A stretch of DNA of 64,000 nucleotides, taken from positions 1 through 64,000 of the forward strand of contig JBBPEB010000020.1 in NCBI GenBank assembly GCA_039096225.1, read 5' to 3'. Positions 25,301 to 40,026 of this stretch are shown piece by piece. The notes beneath the pieces are model-generated. The model had not been told where the DNA came from. It worked only from the letters and a program-made list of their open reading frames with translations, and made no database searches. The first letter of the stretch is position 1. Each line of letters opens with the position of its first letter. The stretch is from Blastocystis sp. Blastoise. Its lineage: Eukaryota; Protista; Bigyra: Opalinata. A program made the position numbers and the translations under genes.

Positions 25301-26483
25301 CTAAAAATTTTCTGAAAGTTGACAAATCAAATTCATATTTGACAATTAATTTTTACATTTTTGAAAACTAAACCTTATGTGTATTGCAAATCTCAAAAAA
25401 ATAGTCAAAAGTGGAGTTGACAAGTGTATGAGTATATGCACATGTTGGCTCATAATTTTATAAAAAGTAGTTCAATATGTCCTAAACCACATATTAGGAC
25501 AATTCTGAAAATATTATCACTTTATAATGAGTTTAAAGGGTAAAATAGTATTGAATTGTCTGTTTGACTGTCTTAAGTCAAGAGATTCAATACACTTTTT
25601 GTAAAAATGAGTATAAGAGTGTTTAATGTTTATAATAATAATAGAATTGTTTGAAATAAAGGTGGTTGTGTGTTTGACCAAAATGTTAAAATGAGTCTAT
25701 TTTAAAAAAATGGTTGTAATAAGAAAGTATTGAGTGTTTTTGGAGTATTTTATATTAAAATCTACAATAAATAAACATTTTAAGTTGTTTAAAAATTTGA
25801 TTCTTTAGAATTACAATAGTTAAGTCAAGAGATTCAAGTCACTTTTTATTAAAATAATAAATAAACTTATTATAGAATATAAAATATTAAAAATTAATTT
25901 AATTAAACATGGTTGACTGTTTGATAGGAATGTTAAAATGGGTAAAAAGATTTTAATTGTTTCTAAAACCGTATAATACGTTTTTTTGTCACTAAATACA
26001 AGAATATTATCGTTTAAGGAATGTTTTCTTCTTTCAAAAGAACTCATTTTTTGTAATTGTGACTTTAAACAAATGAAATTCAAGTTACTTTTTATAAATT
26101 AAAATAATAAATTAAATATATATGTATATTAATATAAAATTCGTTTTAATAAAAGTGAGTATATGTATTTCAACACTAGTAGGCACGTTTTTCGCGTTAG
26201 ATATATTTTTGGGTCACGTTAGAAAACGAAAACGCACCAAAGCGTTCTCGCCTTTTTTTTAGACATACTTTTAAAATTTAGACAGACATCTGGTTTTTTA
26301 AGAAAGGATAAAATTTGAAAAATTAGATATGAATTATGAATTCATATATATTTTTTTAAATTTGTTGTTTATATGAACATACTAGAACTGATTACAGTGA
26401 TTATAGATGTTTCTAAGCAGTGCTCATGATGTGTTAGTATTTATTTATAAAATTTATCATAGTGTTTTACATCATTCTTATAG

Positions 26484-28564
26484 GTTTTCCATTCTGGATA
26501 TCCTCTTCCTTTCAGACATTCTCCTTGAGTAGTTTTAGAAAGGTACATAACATTGACGCGTTGTTTTATTTATTATAAGGTATTTTATTACATTTCTTTT
26601 TTAATTCTCTTAGATTTCTTGGTTATTCTCGTCAATACTTCTTCCAAACAACAGGTCAAGACAATATAGAGCGTATATAAATATATCTATTTAATTTTTT
26701 ATTGCATTGGCACTTATTTCTCTTTTTTTCTCTTTTCCTATCAAAAATATTCATTTGATTTTTAGTTACTCTATTCATATTTTATATATATTTACAATTT
26801 ATATATTATATAGAAAAGTTATTTCTTACTCCATTCTTTAATTTTGTGGTTTCTCTGATATTTTCAAATACCAAATACGATATCAGTTGTAAAATAGTTT
26901 GTATATATATATGTTTATTTATATATATTTAATTATTTATTTTTATCTATTTAATTATATTATTAATATAAGAATTTATTTATTTGTTTAATTATATATA
27001 ACATTTATGTATTATATATATAGATGAGAAATGATTTGGTATTCGTGATTGTATTATTCATTATACAGATAATTTTATTACAAAACAACCTTCAAATTAT
27101 CCAAAATATATATATTCAAATTTATATTCAAAAGAAGATAGAGTAGAAACAGTATGTGATAAAGTGAATGATTATGCTGATAATAATATTCGAATTTTTG
27201 TTGCTATTTCTCCTATAATATATACAATGAGTACCTATTATGATTATACTGCTGCAGGAGATGGATGTTGTTTCGTAGAGAATATTACTGATGATTTCCA
27301 TAATAATGAAGTGATTTCTCGATTATGCTGCTTAGATCCCCAAGGGAATACTGACTTTCAGAAATGGGGAAGTTCTAAAGAAACTGGATTCGTTGAATCA
27401 GAACTCAATGATTATGATCTTCCTGTATATATATATATATATAATATTTTTTTTTTATTCTTCTTTTTTATAGTGCATCTATGAATTCTACATATTCTAC
27501 ATTCAATACATGGTTTACAGAAAGTAATAATTCTTATTCTTTCTCTTTTCCTCTTATTGGTATTATGGGTACCAAAAACCTTCTTACTCTTAATTAGTAT
27601 ATATATTATTATTATAATTATATTTTAGTTTATTATTATATTAATTATCAATCTATAGATTCAAGCTATTTTGTTACCTGATGTATCATCTTTTCGTCAT
27701 TTATTCTTACAATATACATTCGAAATAACAACTTACTTATTACTATAAGAATAAAAAGTATATTATTTATATTATATATATATATATGGTATTTATATAA
27801 TAACATATTTTTTAATCCTCCGTTTCTAATTAATATTATGCACTTATATATAATAATGATAATAGGTTTTATATAAATATTTATTTATAGTTTCGATGTA
27901 CATCCAAATATATAGAAGATTCTAGATGTTTCATCATGTGATCATATCGTGACTCCCTCAATCCCCATTCAACGGACACTATTCTCTGTATGTACCTCAA
28001 GTTATATGTTGAGGTATATAGAGATAAACTACATTATTATTAATATTATTACTCTTTATATAAATCTATAGAGGCTTCTTTATATGAATATATAACTGTA
28101 TTACAACTATTATTGGCAGATGTTAACCTTGGAAAAGATGTATATATATATATATTAAATATGTTATTACTATTATTATGTATATAGTTTGAATACTTAT
28201 TTTCTATGTATAAATTAAGCATATATATATATATAGTTACTCTCTTTCTTCACTTGACACTATTTGTAATGAAAGGTGTATATATATATATATTATGGTA
28301 TATTTATTATTATTATATATATAGTTATTAAAATTTTTTACCAAGTGATTTTCCCAGCCAAATTGATGTTGATGAATATATTAATACACTGAAATTTGCT
28401 GAAAAATGAAAAATGTAATTATATTAGTTTTTATTATGATTTATTTATATATATATATATAGTTATCAAGATCCTTATGATTATCAAAAATTATATATTA
28501 ATATATATATATATATATATATATTTATGAGATATAATATGTAAAATATAATTGATGTATATAA

Positions 28565-28595
<31 letters not shown>

Positions 28596-29156
28596 GGAAT
28601 AACTAATTTAACTACATTATTTAATGATCTTCAAACGATAAAGAAATCTGCTATTTATAAATCACTTGTTCAATACATACGAGACAGAGTATATAACTAT
28701 ATATATCTATATATTACTTATATATATTACTTATTATATATAGGATATATTAGATGTATTATTCCAACAGTGTTTAAATACAGAAACATTACGATTGTCT
28801 CTCTCTCTCTTCTTCAACATATATGTACTGTTATCCTTGTATATTCTTATTCTTATTATATTCTTTATTAATATATATATAATTATTCTTATTCATATAT
28901 ATATAGTTAACAAATAAGAATATTGATATATTTTATGAGGCTGCTCATAATAACCGTATATATGAATCCATTCAAGCAACTACCATTATATGTCAACTAC
29001 TCCCTCTCTTCCCTAATCAACGTATATATATATATATAACATTATGCTTTTTATTATTATATATTCTTATATATAGAACGTGAATATTTACAAAGTTTAT
29101 TATTGAATACATGTGATAATATATGTACAGTACAAGTATATATATATATATATACT

Positions 29157-29189
<33 letters not shown>

Positions 29190-29473
29190 ACTTATACATA
29201 TATATAAATACTTATATTCATATTATATATAGAGTATTAAGGTATAAGTAAATTGTTAGTATTATATATAAATGACATCCCTGAATCACAACCTATTCCT
29301 GATTCTATTCGAAATTCTATTGTATATATTATGTATTATAATAACATTCTTATTATTATTATAGAAAACAGTTGGTGAGTATATTTTCCGTTAAGGATGT
29401 ATTTGTACTCCCGAATCAAATGAAGAAAAGCACGTGATATTCCATTGATTCCACTTTATAAATCAGATAGCTT

Positions 29474-29510
<37 letters not shown>

Positions 29511-30384
29511 ATTATTATTATATTATTATTATTATAGATTTCTTAACAACATGGTTTAAGAATGCAATATATTTAAATGATGGTTATAAATCATTCTTTA
29601 ATTTATTATATACTTTTGAACCTTCTTCTGAAATTCATTTTAATCTATATACTTTATTATCTCGTTTTTACTTACAATATTATATCATCAATTGACATAT
29701 AATACAAAGAAGAGAAATAATATTAGTAAGTCTATATATATATATGAATTGAATTACATTCCTCAAGATATTATGTATACATTATTAGCAAGAATAGCTG
29801 ATATTATACAAATAGCTCTCTGCCCTTCTTCTTATATACCTCCTCAACTACATACATTAAAGAAGATAAATAGTCATTCTATTTCCTTTAATATGAGTCA
29901 TAATAGTTTAGAAGAAGTATATAGTCCTCCTTTTCCTCCTCCTCCTACTACTACTAATTATTTCATAGGTGCATATAAAGATATAGAAAATGATTTAATG
30001 GATGATAATGATATGGAAGTACCTGAAGAAGAAGAAATAGGATTAATGAATACTTATGAAGAGAAAGAAAGAGGAGAAGGGGAAGAAAAACCTACTGGAG
30101 AACTGATTTATGGATTAAGTTATATACTGAATACTGTTGAAATTGAAGGTGAAGAAGAAACAGGAAAGAAAAAAGAAAAAGAAATGATAGATATGTTTAC
30201 TTATATAGGAAAAGGAGAAGAAGAAGATGATCATTGTATGTTTTATATTAATTATATTAATTATATTTATTATGGTTTTATTATGTATAATATATAGCTA
30301 TTGGTGTTCAATATGTATATTCTCTTCTTCGTAATCGACTGAAAACCGCGAATAAAGAAGAAAAATATGATGTGAATATGATTT

Positions 30385-30461
<77 letters not shown>

Positions 30462-31150
30462 ATTATATACAATCTATAGATATGTGAATCTTTCTTCATC
30501 TACTTATATGATCTTCTTATTAAATATTTTATTAGGTATATATATACATATATTAAATATATCTTTCTTTTAGATATACTTAATTATTCCCGTGGTTATA
30601 TACTACTTTCCTCTTATCTTCTCCTTCATCTTCCCTCCTTACAGTGGCTTGTTGTCTTTATAAATCAATAATCGCGGGAAATACTTACTCTCAAGAATAT
30701 TTTAATTATGTATATATATATTCACTTTATATAACTTTTGATGTAGCATATTATATATTATTTACTATTTTATATTTGTTATTAATTATATAATATATAT
30801 ATATATATAGATAGATATTAGACATACTACAAACAAGGCTTATTATATACTTATGAACTACAGATACATCAATATATATACTGCTACATACCTCCTATAA
30901 TACCAGCGTTTTATATCCCTCATTGAGAACCATAATTATCAAAACATTATTATATGTCTTGTATATATATATACTATTATACTTATTATATTTAATATTT
31001 TTATTTTATTATTATATATGTTATATAGACTGATAGATAATGCGCTTTGTATATTGTAGATGATGAAAAATCTCATATATATATATACTAAATTATAGAT
31101 ATTTTTATAATTAATTTATATAGGATAAAGAAAGAAGTCATATACATATA
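26484..31150 (+). pseudogene. Array of host-like exons carried by CACTA-B
   Basis: About 20 GT-AG bounded coding-like blocks, all on the plus strand (e.g. 27024-27424 ...ISRLCCLDPQGNTDFQKWG..., acidic block 29539-30236), with in-frame stops and incompatible phases. Confidence 0.65.
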
Positions 31151-31907
31151 TATATTTTTATTGTCTATTAACTTTTATATATGTCTTCTATTATGTTATA
31201 TTTAATTATATATTATTCATTTTGTTTTGTAAATATTATAGAATGAGATTATTGTAAAGAATTCTTTTCGAATAATAGTAAAATGGAATACGTATTAATC
31301 CTGTTTATATTTTTATTAGATTTTATTATTTTATGTTGATAACAACTTGCAAACCTTCTCAATTCATTCACTTACTTATAATATCAACAATCCATTAAAA
31401 TAAAATATATTATAATAAAAATGTTTGTAAAATGTGAATAATGACTTTATAAACAACTATGTCAAATATATATTTTTATTCTCTATGATATTTATATTAT
31501 GAATCAAATACTATTATATATATATTACTCACAAATATTTTAAATTGAAATTACATTCTGTTAAAAATAAAATTTTTTTGTTCTTTTAAGTCTAGAAACA
31601 TGTTGTAATGAAGTAATCTAGCTTAATACATATAAAATACATTTATAACTCAATTTAGCATTCAAATAGACGTTTTAGTAGAAAAAAGGAGAATTTTAAA
31701 GAATTGATAACCCCTGGAAATAAAGAAATTTATAGAGACTTCTATTATAGAAAAAAAAGATTTTCTGTATTTTTAGGGCCATGTATGTATTTTTAAAATA
31801 AATTCTAAAAAAATTACATATTTATTTTTATTTTTAATTGGTTTATAACTATATTATATAGTTTTTTAAATGTATACAATATACTTTAGCTATTTTATAT
31901 CATATAG

Positions 31908-32520
31908 GCTTACGGGTCCGTCGAAATAGCTTCAAATAGGTCCTGATTATTCTTCATATTTTAAAGTTAACTCATGAGTTGTGTGGTTTAGGTGATCCGA
32001 AATCCGGTGCTATAAAAGGTATATTTTTTTCCATTGTTGTAGTTTTTTTATTAATATTATCTTCTATAGGTTCAGATGTTGTAGGAGGTCTCCCTAGTCG
32101 ACAACTTCATGGTTCTAAAGGTATTTAATTATATTAATATTTTTTGAAATTAACTATTTTTTATTTTTATATAGGTTCTAGGTTTTCTCAGTGGTTCCGA
32201 TTGGTCAACAATTTCTTGATGGTTGAAGGTATATTATTATATTATATATATTTGTTTACATCTATTTTTATAGTTGTGGTTTTTCTTCATGGAGTCGCTT
32301 TAGAAGTATTATTACAAGGTATATATTTATTTATTATCTATATTATTATTATTTCTATTATTTTTATATGTATAGTCATTAAAATGGTTCCCAATTTAGT
32401 TAAAACAAACAAAGATAATTATTATTTTTCTTATTTTTCTTATTGTTTTAATTATTATATTATTATTTATTGTCTTTTGTTAATATAATTTTAATTATCA
32501 TTCACACAACGATTAAATAA
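31908..32520 (+). other. Conserved 5-exon spliced module of CACTA-B
   Basis: Exons 31908-32018, 32070-32120, 32175-32228, 32274-32318 and 32376 onward; every splice site has a counterpart in CACTA-A. Confidence 0.7.
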
Positions 32521-33322
32521 ATAAATAAGACAGATTTTATCCGACAAATAGCACCCAAATTTTATCTTAAAAATACATGATAATGTGTTTAAAATGTGTA
32601 TTAGAGAAAAATATAGATACCTTTAGAGCAGATAAAATACAAATAGACATATATTTGCCTTGTGTTAGAAAAGAAAAACACCAAAAACTGCTCTTAAAAA
32701 AAAAGATGCCAGCTGGGTCAAACGTGTTAGATAACTTCCTGGCTTTTGGTTAGAGAAGATTTTTTGTCGTTAGATAAGAAAATGGCCCATTTTTTAGATA
32801 AGGTTTTGGTTACCCATTAGATAGATTTTTTTACTAAAAAACAAAATGCCTACTAGTGCAAAATGTTATAGTTTTTTAGAGTTTTTTTATGATAACTTAT
32901 TTGTTGTGTAAACTCTATTTTATAAACAATACTATAGTTTTTTAAGTATTTAAATATATTTACTAATGAAATAGAATGTAATCTTTATTTTATATATAGT
33001 TAATTTTTATTTTTTAATTTTCTTTTTATGAAACAATTATTGATAATATTAATAAAATATGAAACCATTATTGATAATATTAATAAAATAAAACAAAATT
33101 TGAAATAAATAATTTTTATATAATGAAAAGATAGTCTTTTTACAAATTATTTTTTTATGTTTATTTAGATTCAAGCGTAGGCTGGCGTAGCCAGTCGTGA
33201 AACGCTTGTATAATATAACATTTTCAATCATTATAGAAATTATAATATAAAAGAAATCATATCGTTTAAATATATAGGGCCTTTTATAGTTGATAAACTA
33301 AGTCACATAATAGTTTGCATGT

Positions 33323-33956
33323 TTAGGAAAACTTACATCGTTTGGTTTTATCTATAAATATGTATAACAATGAAATAATATGTATAACAATGAAATAATA
33401 TGATAATAATGAAATAATATAGATAATTAATAATATAATTATACATACCTTTAAAGAAGTCTGTCATCGTATCTAATGAAGGCTCATTTGTTGAAAGCTT
33501 AATTCTAAGCGGTGCAGCAATGTTTAGGTGATTTCGATATTTAGATTTAAGGTAGAGCATTTCACTAAACGCTTTTTCACAAAGATAGGAAGTAGGGAAA
33601 GGAAGAAGTATTGGAGTAACATGTTGATAAATAATAGGATATTGTAGCGCTAATTCACAGTAAAATGAATCAATTGATAAAGTATTATACATATTTTTAG
33701 AATGTACATCACAAGATAAAACAAGTAATTCTTCATAAAGTGGTATATCATATTTAGTAACTGATATATATTTCGTTTCAAATGGATATATAACCCACAA
33801 ATTAGAAATATCATACATATTTGTTATTGGAGAATTAATAGGACTTTTTCTTTTAGTAGTATTTATAATCATGTTATCAGCAACACTCTTCTCTTCTTCA
33901 GTTTCTATAATAATATTAAAAGGATATTATATGTATAAACGTATAGAGTACAATAA

Positions 33957-33994
<38 letters not shown>

Positions 33995-36528
33995 TGAAGA
34001 AAAATTACCAGAAATATAACCAAAAAAATAAGAATCACAAATTCTGATATCAATCATACCAGAAAAAAAAAATTCTTTTTTTTTGTTTTCATTTTCAATT
34101 GTACATTTCCCCGAAAACGAATCATAATAAGTACATCCATTAATAATTTGGTTTCTTAATTCTCCTGTTATTAATAAATGATTATAACTATTAATAGCGC
34201 AAATAATCTCATATTTAGAATTTTTTGAAATAATATTTCCATAACATTTTTCTTGTGATATACAAGTAGTTGGCATATTAATAATAGTAGATAATCGTTT
34301 TTCTTCAGATCGACACAACTTTTCAATCATTGTTTGAGGATTCTTATTACACTTAAGGCTTCTACGCTTTTCTATTACACTAGGCATGCTATGTATTATT
34401 GGAACAGTTAGGTCACAAGTATTTTCAGCACTTTTCATCAGTGATACTTCAAACTCGATTAAGGACATAACTTCAGGGAAATAATTCTCAATATTTGTTA
34501 ATAACGCATCAATATGATCAGTAATGATATTTATAAAAAATTTAACGCTAATATCAATATTTTTTCTAAGAAAAGAGGCAACAGTAGGAAAGACCGATAT
34601 TTTATCATCACAGAGAGAATTAAACTTATTACAGAGCTTAATATATAATTCTTTTATTAACATAATATATTCTAGAAAAATAGCTTTCTTTCCTTGCATC
34701 TTCTTGTTAGCATCATAAAACAGTTCAGTAATTTCTTCGATATATATCATTGATAAGGAAAACTCCTTATCTGTAATTTTACTATATAAATCCTTCTTTT
34801 TATCTTCCAATAGAATTGTTTCAATAGTAGACTTTAACATATTAAATCTGCTAATTGACTGATATCTACTCAGCCATCTGGTAGAACTATAGTGTAATAA
34901 ACGATAGGATTTAGAATTTGTATTTTCATTATTATTTTTATTAGTAACTTTCGAGCCATTAGTTTTCACAGTATTAGATGTAGTTTCGTCATAAGATTGA
35001 ATAATATCATCTTCATAGTTTTCATCACTTTCTTCAAATTGAAAATCCAAAACATCAACTTCATTAAAACTTAATACAGAAGAATTAGATATATTATCAG
35101 GAAGAGTTTCTTTATTATATTTCTTTTTGTATTCATCATTACCAACAATTAAACTACGTTGTAAATTAAGCAGTTTTTCAGAACATTTAGTTGATTGAGT
35201 AATAGAATTAATAATTTGTGAACATTCTATAAAGTATTTTTGAAAATAATCAGGAAGCACAGAAGAGCATATTTCCTCCTTATGTAAATAGCAATGAATA
35301 AAAAGACAGGAAGGTTGTATTTTAAGAACACATGTTTTGAAACTGTTATAATTTCCATTCATGGCTGAGGCGCCATCTGTACAAACACTTAAACATTTGT
35401 TCCACTGAATATCATGATCACTGAAGTAATTAGATACGGTTTCAAATATACTACTTCCACTCTTACTGTATTGTAATTGAAGAATACATAGGAAAGACTC
35501 TTTATATTTATTATTATACATGTATCTAACGAACAGAATTAATTGAGAAGAATGACTAATATCAGTTGATTCATCCAGTTGTAACGAAAAAAGGGGACTA
35601 CTATTTAATTCATTAATAGTACTAATTTCTTCTAAATCATTAATATCATTAATTCGACGTTTCACAGTATTTGCAGACATAATAATAGAATAAAAAGATC
35701 TTTTATTTAAATTTTCCCATAATCTAATAACTGGAAGAATAAGTTTATTAGCAGTAGTATAAGGAAGACCAGTTTTAGCTACTAAATTACTAATGCCATA
35801 ACTAAATTTTATTAACATATCATTACTTATTGTATTCTTTTTAAGAAGTAATTGAGATCTCTGTAGCTTTGTATACAATTCTTCAAAGTATTGATAAGAA
35901 AATTTAATAATTACAGTTGGACTTTCAGTTTGAATATGGTTCAAAAAATGCGTGAAGAATCTAGAAGGTTGAACTCTTTTAATTATAGTATTGCATATTA
36001 AACACTGACCTTGTTGAGACTTATAATTTTGAATAAAACCATAAACCAAATAATCAGAATTATACTCATAAATACCTTTTGCATTCTTTCTACGAAGGAA
36101 GTGCTTTTCATCATCATCTAAACTACCATTCATACAGTTATTAACAAAGATAAGTGCCTTCTTTTTTACATCATTCTTCAGTGATTCATTGGACTCTACA
36201 CTTTGTTCTTGTTCGTTTATACTATGTTAATATATGGATAAAGAATGTAATTAATTAAGTAACAGAATAATATATATATAATAACTAATATACTCTTTTT
36301 CTTTAATTTGCACTGGCGTTTCTTTATTTTTGTTGGATTCATCAATATTTAATACAATACTACATGTAGACTTAGCTTGTTGAATGATCTCATTTCTATC
36401 ACATTCTTTTATATTTAATTGCTGCTTTTTAATACATCTTGACTATATATAAGGATGGAATAATAAAGGATAGTTATATAAAGTACTGATGTAGTGTCAT
36501 CAACAGGAAAGTAAGTAGTTATATTCAT
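33323..36528 (-). CDS. hAT transposase, Buster/Charlie (ZBED5/SCAND3-like) family, 5 exons
   Basis: LFSLQLDESTDIS, SVCTDGASAM, IHCYLHKE, TRWLSR and LLPFPTSYLCEKAFS; GT-AG introns keep the frame from ATG 36528 to TAA 33323. Confidence 0.92.
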
Positions 36529-36746
36529 ATCTAATCACTCTCATTATTAGAGTTGCATAAAAAGTAACTAAAATATATATATTTTCCACGGGAATCTTTC
36601 CAAAACAAACCCTAAATAACCACGAATATTTTTGTGTACTCAGCCAAATATTGAAACTGTCTTCATGTACTCCATAAAGAAGTTCGTGGCGAACCCTGGT
36701 TTCAGGTACTTTAAATATTAAAACTGGTTTGACTGTACGTAATTAA

Positions 36747-37263
36747 AGTCCCTGGAAAAAACCGGTCCTCTGGAAAAAACCGGTCCATTTTTTTTTTAAT
36801 GTTATTTTCATGTAAATGCGGTTTTTTTTAACGACAAAAACAAAATAACCACGATTTTTCATTTTTTTTCGTTTTATAAACATTTTTGTTTATATAATCA
36901 TTACTATATATGTCATCCACTTCCCATATCACTTGACAGAATTGTTATGTGGTAATTATCACCAAAATCTGCGATATAATATTATATTTTGACAGTGTAA
37001 TCTTATTTATTCTCGATAAGTCAATTTAAGTCAGGTTGAAGTGACAATCAACTATTATCATGGTATGTGCTGCAAAAGTGATGGAAGGAAATATAGATGA
37101 CTCGCATAATTATGATGTTGCTGATAAAACTGTGTATAAAACAAAAAAAATTAAAAATCGTGGTTATATATTTTTTTGCCGTTAAAAAATTATTATTTAC
37201 ATGAAAATAACATTAAAAAAAATGGACCGGTTTTTTCCAGATGACCGGTTTTTTCCAGGGTGT
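36747..37263. mobile_element. MITE with ~140 bp TIRs directly upstream of frataxin
   Basis: CCCTGGAAAAAACCGGTC...CATGTAAAT is mirrored by ATTTACATG...GACCGGTTTTTTCCAGGG; TTAA flanks at 36743-36746 and 37264-37267. Confidence 0.88.
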
Positions 37264-37272
37264 TTAATAACT

Positions 37273-37837
37273 ATGTTATCTTCTTTATTGAAGGGATCAG
37301 CCAGATTTATATCATTGAGGCAGGCTGAGGTTTGTTTTCTATCGTCAAATATTCTTTCAAAACGATTATTCACTACATGGCTTAGTGATAGTCAAGAATA
37401 TCAAACAAAGAGTGAGCAGTTTTTACTTGATCTGGATGAAAAGTTAGAAGGAATTGATGAATTAGTACCTGATTCTGATGTTATTTTATCAGTATGTGCA
37501 TGTTTGTCTTTAGTTTATATCTCTTAATGATAAGTTAAATGTTTTTTATTTGATATTTATTTCTTTATTGATCTCAATTACTTTATAAAATGATATTTAT
37601 TATAAATTAACCTGCATTTAATAGCAAGGTGTTTTGACAGCTGAACTAGGATCTAAAGGAACATATGTAATTAATAAACAGTCTCCTAATAAGCAAATAT
37701 GGCTATCATCTCCTTTAAGTGGTCCAAAGCATTTCAATTACGATACAGAAAGTAAACAATGGTTAGACGCAGATGATACTAATTTATTGGAACTTTTAAA
37801 GAAAGAATTTAAGCAACTTATAAATTATAATTTATAA
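37273..37837 (+). CDS. FXN: Frataxin (CyaY family), mitochondrial
   Basis: Two exons (intron 37492-37624); GVLTAELGSKGTYVINKQSPNKQIWLSSPLSGPKHF signature; basic N-terminal presequence. Confidence 0.95.
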
Positions 37838-38210
37838 ATTTTGGTTATTTTTTAACTTGTATTATATATTTTATGCTATTATTACATTTATTAGATTTGT
37901 ACTAATATTTAGTTTATAAAGATTACATTTAAATTCTAAAGAATTCGTTTCAGAAATCATGTAAATATATCATAGGGTTTGATATTTTTAAATGTTTTTT
38001 ATTTAATAATATGAAGCTTATTATATATATACTGCTATTATTTTTAGTATTTAAAAAAGATAGGCAATAGCAACACACGATCATGATTCATATAATTGAT
38101 ATTATTTATAATAAAAAATTTCTTTAAAAAAAAATTGGAAAAAGGAAAAAGATTAACAATTAATAATTTAATTGCAATAAAAATATATTTATTTATTTAT
38201 ATAACGATTC

Positions 38211-38307
38211 TTATGTATTATTAATTGCCATAAAAGTTAAAGAAGATATTAATACCTATATAATAAGTAATGAAAATAATAAAGATAATAAGAATAAGAA
38301 TAAATAA

Positions 38308-38402
<95 letters not shown>

Positions 38403-39105
38403 AAAAGAATAGTATGAAGATCTTGTAAGGGTGGAATAAGAGAATTATTAATAAAAGTATGTGCTTCTACTTCAGATTCTCCTGCAGAAATAGAAATTTC
38501 TTTATTATATAAAGGTTCATGAAGGTCAGCAGCAAAAGAATATAATTCATTTATATATTGTAAATATGAATACATTGTGTCCTATATATATATATATACT
38601 ATTATTATTATTATTACTATTAAAATTATTATTATTATTAATATATTTTATTATACTCATATTCTATAATATTATTATATACTTCGTCACCAAAATCTTT
38701 TGTATCAATAATTTTATTTATATATTCAGAAAGAGAAATAGATATATTTAAGACTTTAAGCATCGTAGTTAAAAACTAGATATATATATATTGATATTTA
38801 TGAAATATATAAATACAGTCATATTTATAAAATATTCATAAATATAATGATATTTATAAAATAGTATTAAATATATTGTATATACATTATATTTATTTTC
38901 TAGAAATCCCCGTTGTTTTAATATTTCAACATTTGCTTCTAGTCGACGTTGAAGTAGAATAGATATATCACTATTTGGATTATCTTCAAAGTCTTGTTTA
39001 TAAAGTAGGATAGTATTCCAAACAACCATATATATAGATTGATAATAAGAAAGAAAAGTATTTATAAAGAAAGAACACACATAACGGCAGCGACATAAAT
39101 AATTA

Positions 39106-39175
<70 letters not shown>

Positions 39176-39398
39176 TGTTCAATATGGTTTCTTTGATTTG
39201 CATTTTGAATATTTTGAATAATTAAATTGCATTCCTTTAAAGAGAGTAAAGAATTTTGACAAATACTGTTATAGTACGATAATGTACGGAGAATATCGTG
39301 ATATTGTACAAATCTAGAGAACATATATATATATATATATATATTATGGATATAGATTTAGGTTAATAAGAATATATATAAACTAGAAAAAATATAAT

Positions 39399-39433
<35 letters not shown>

Positions 39434-39538
39434 TTCAATTGTATCATTTGTAAATATATATTTCCAAGGAGCATAATTCTTCCAATTCCCATGAATATCC
39501 TGCATAAACTCAAGAGTAAAGAAATGATCATTTTTTGA

Positions 39539-39608
<70 letters not shown>

Positions 39609-39692
39609 TATCTTCATCAATCGCAGAACAAGTATAACAAAATAAATAATCATAAGGAAGAGAATGACTACCATGATATTTCTATATATATA

Positions 39693-39727
<35 letters not shown>

Positions 39728-39856
39728 GTTTTATTATTATATATGTAATCTTTATTATTATTATTATATACATATATATATTGAGAAAAGATTTTTGAAA
39801 ATAGGGAATTATCAGGGAATGGCTATAGATACGATTGAAATATTAAATTTATTATA

Positions 39857-39902
<46 letters not shown>

Positions 39903-39973
39903 CTCCATTATATAAATCATCAAAAGCCTGTAATAGAACTGAAGGATCATCATTACTTATGTATATAATTAAG

Positions 39974-40026
<53 letters not shown>

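Larger units (their letters stand above)
26174..32858 (+). mobile_element. CACTA/EnSpm-type element B, non-autonomous, exon-carrying, 6685 bp
   Basis: TIRs CACTAGTAGGCA / TGCCTACTAGTG; 3-bp TSD CAA at 26171-26173 and 32859-32861; subterminal (G)TTAGA(TA) repeats at both ends. Confidence 0.92.
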
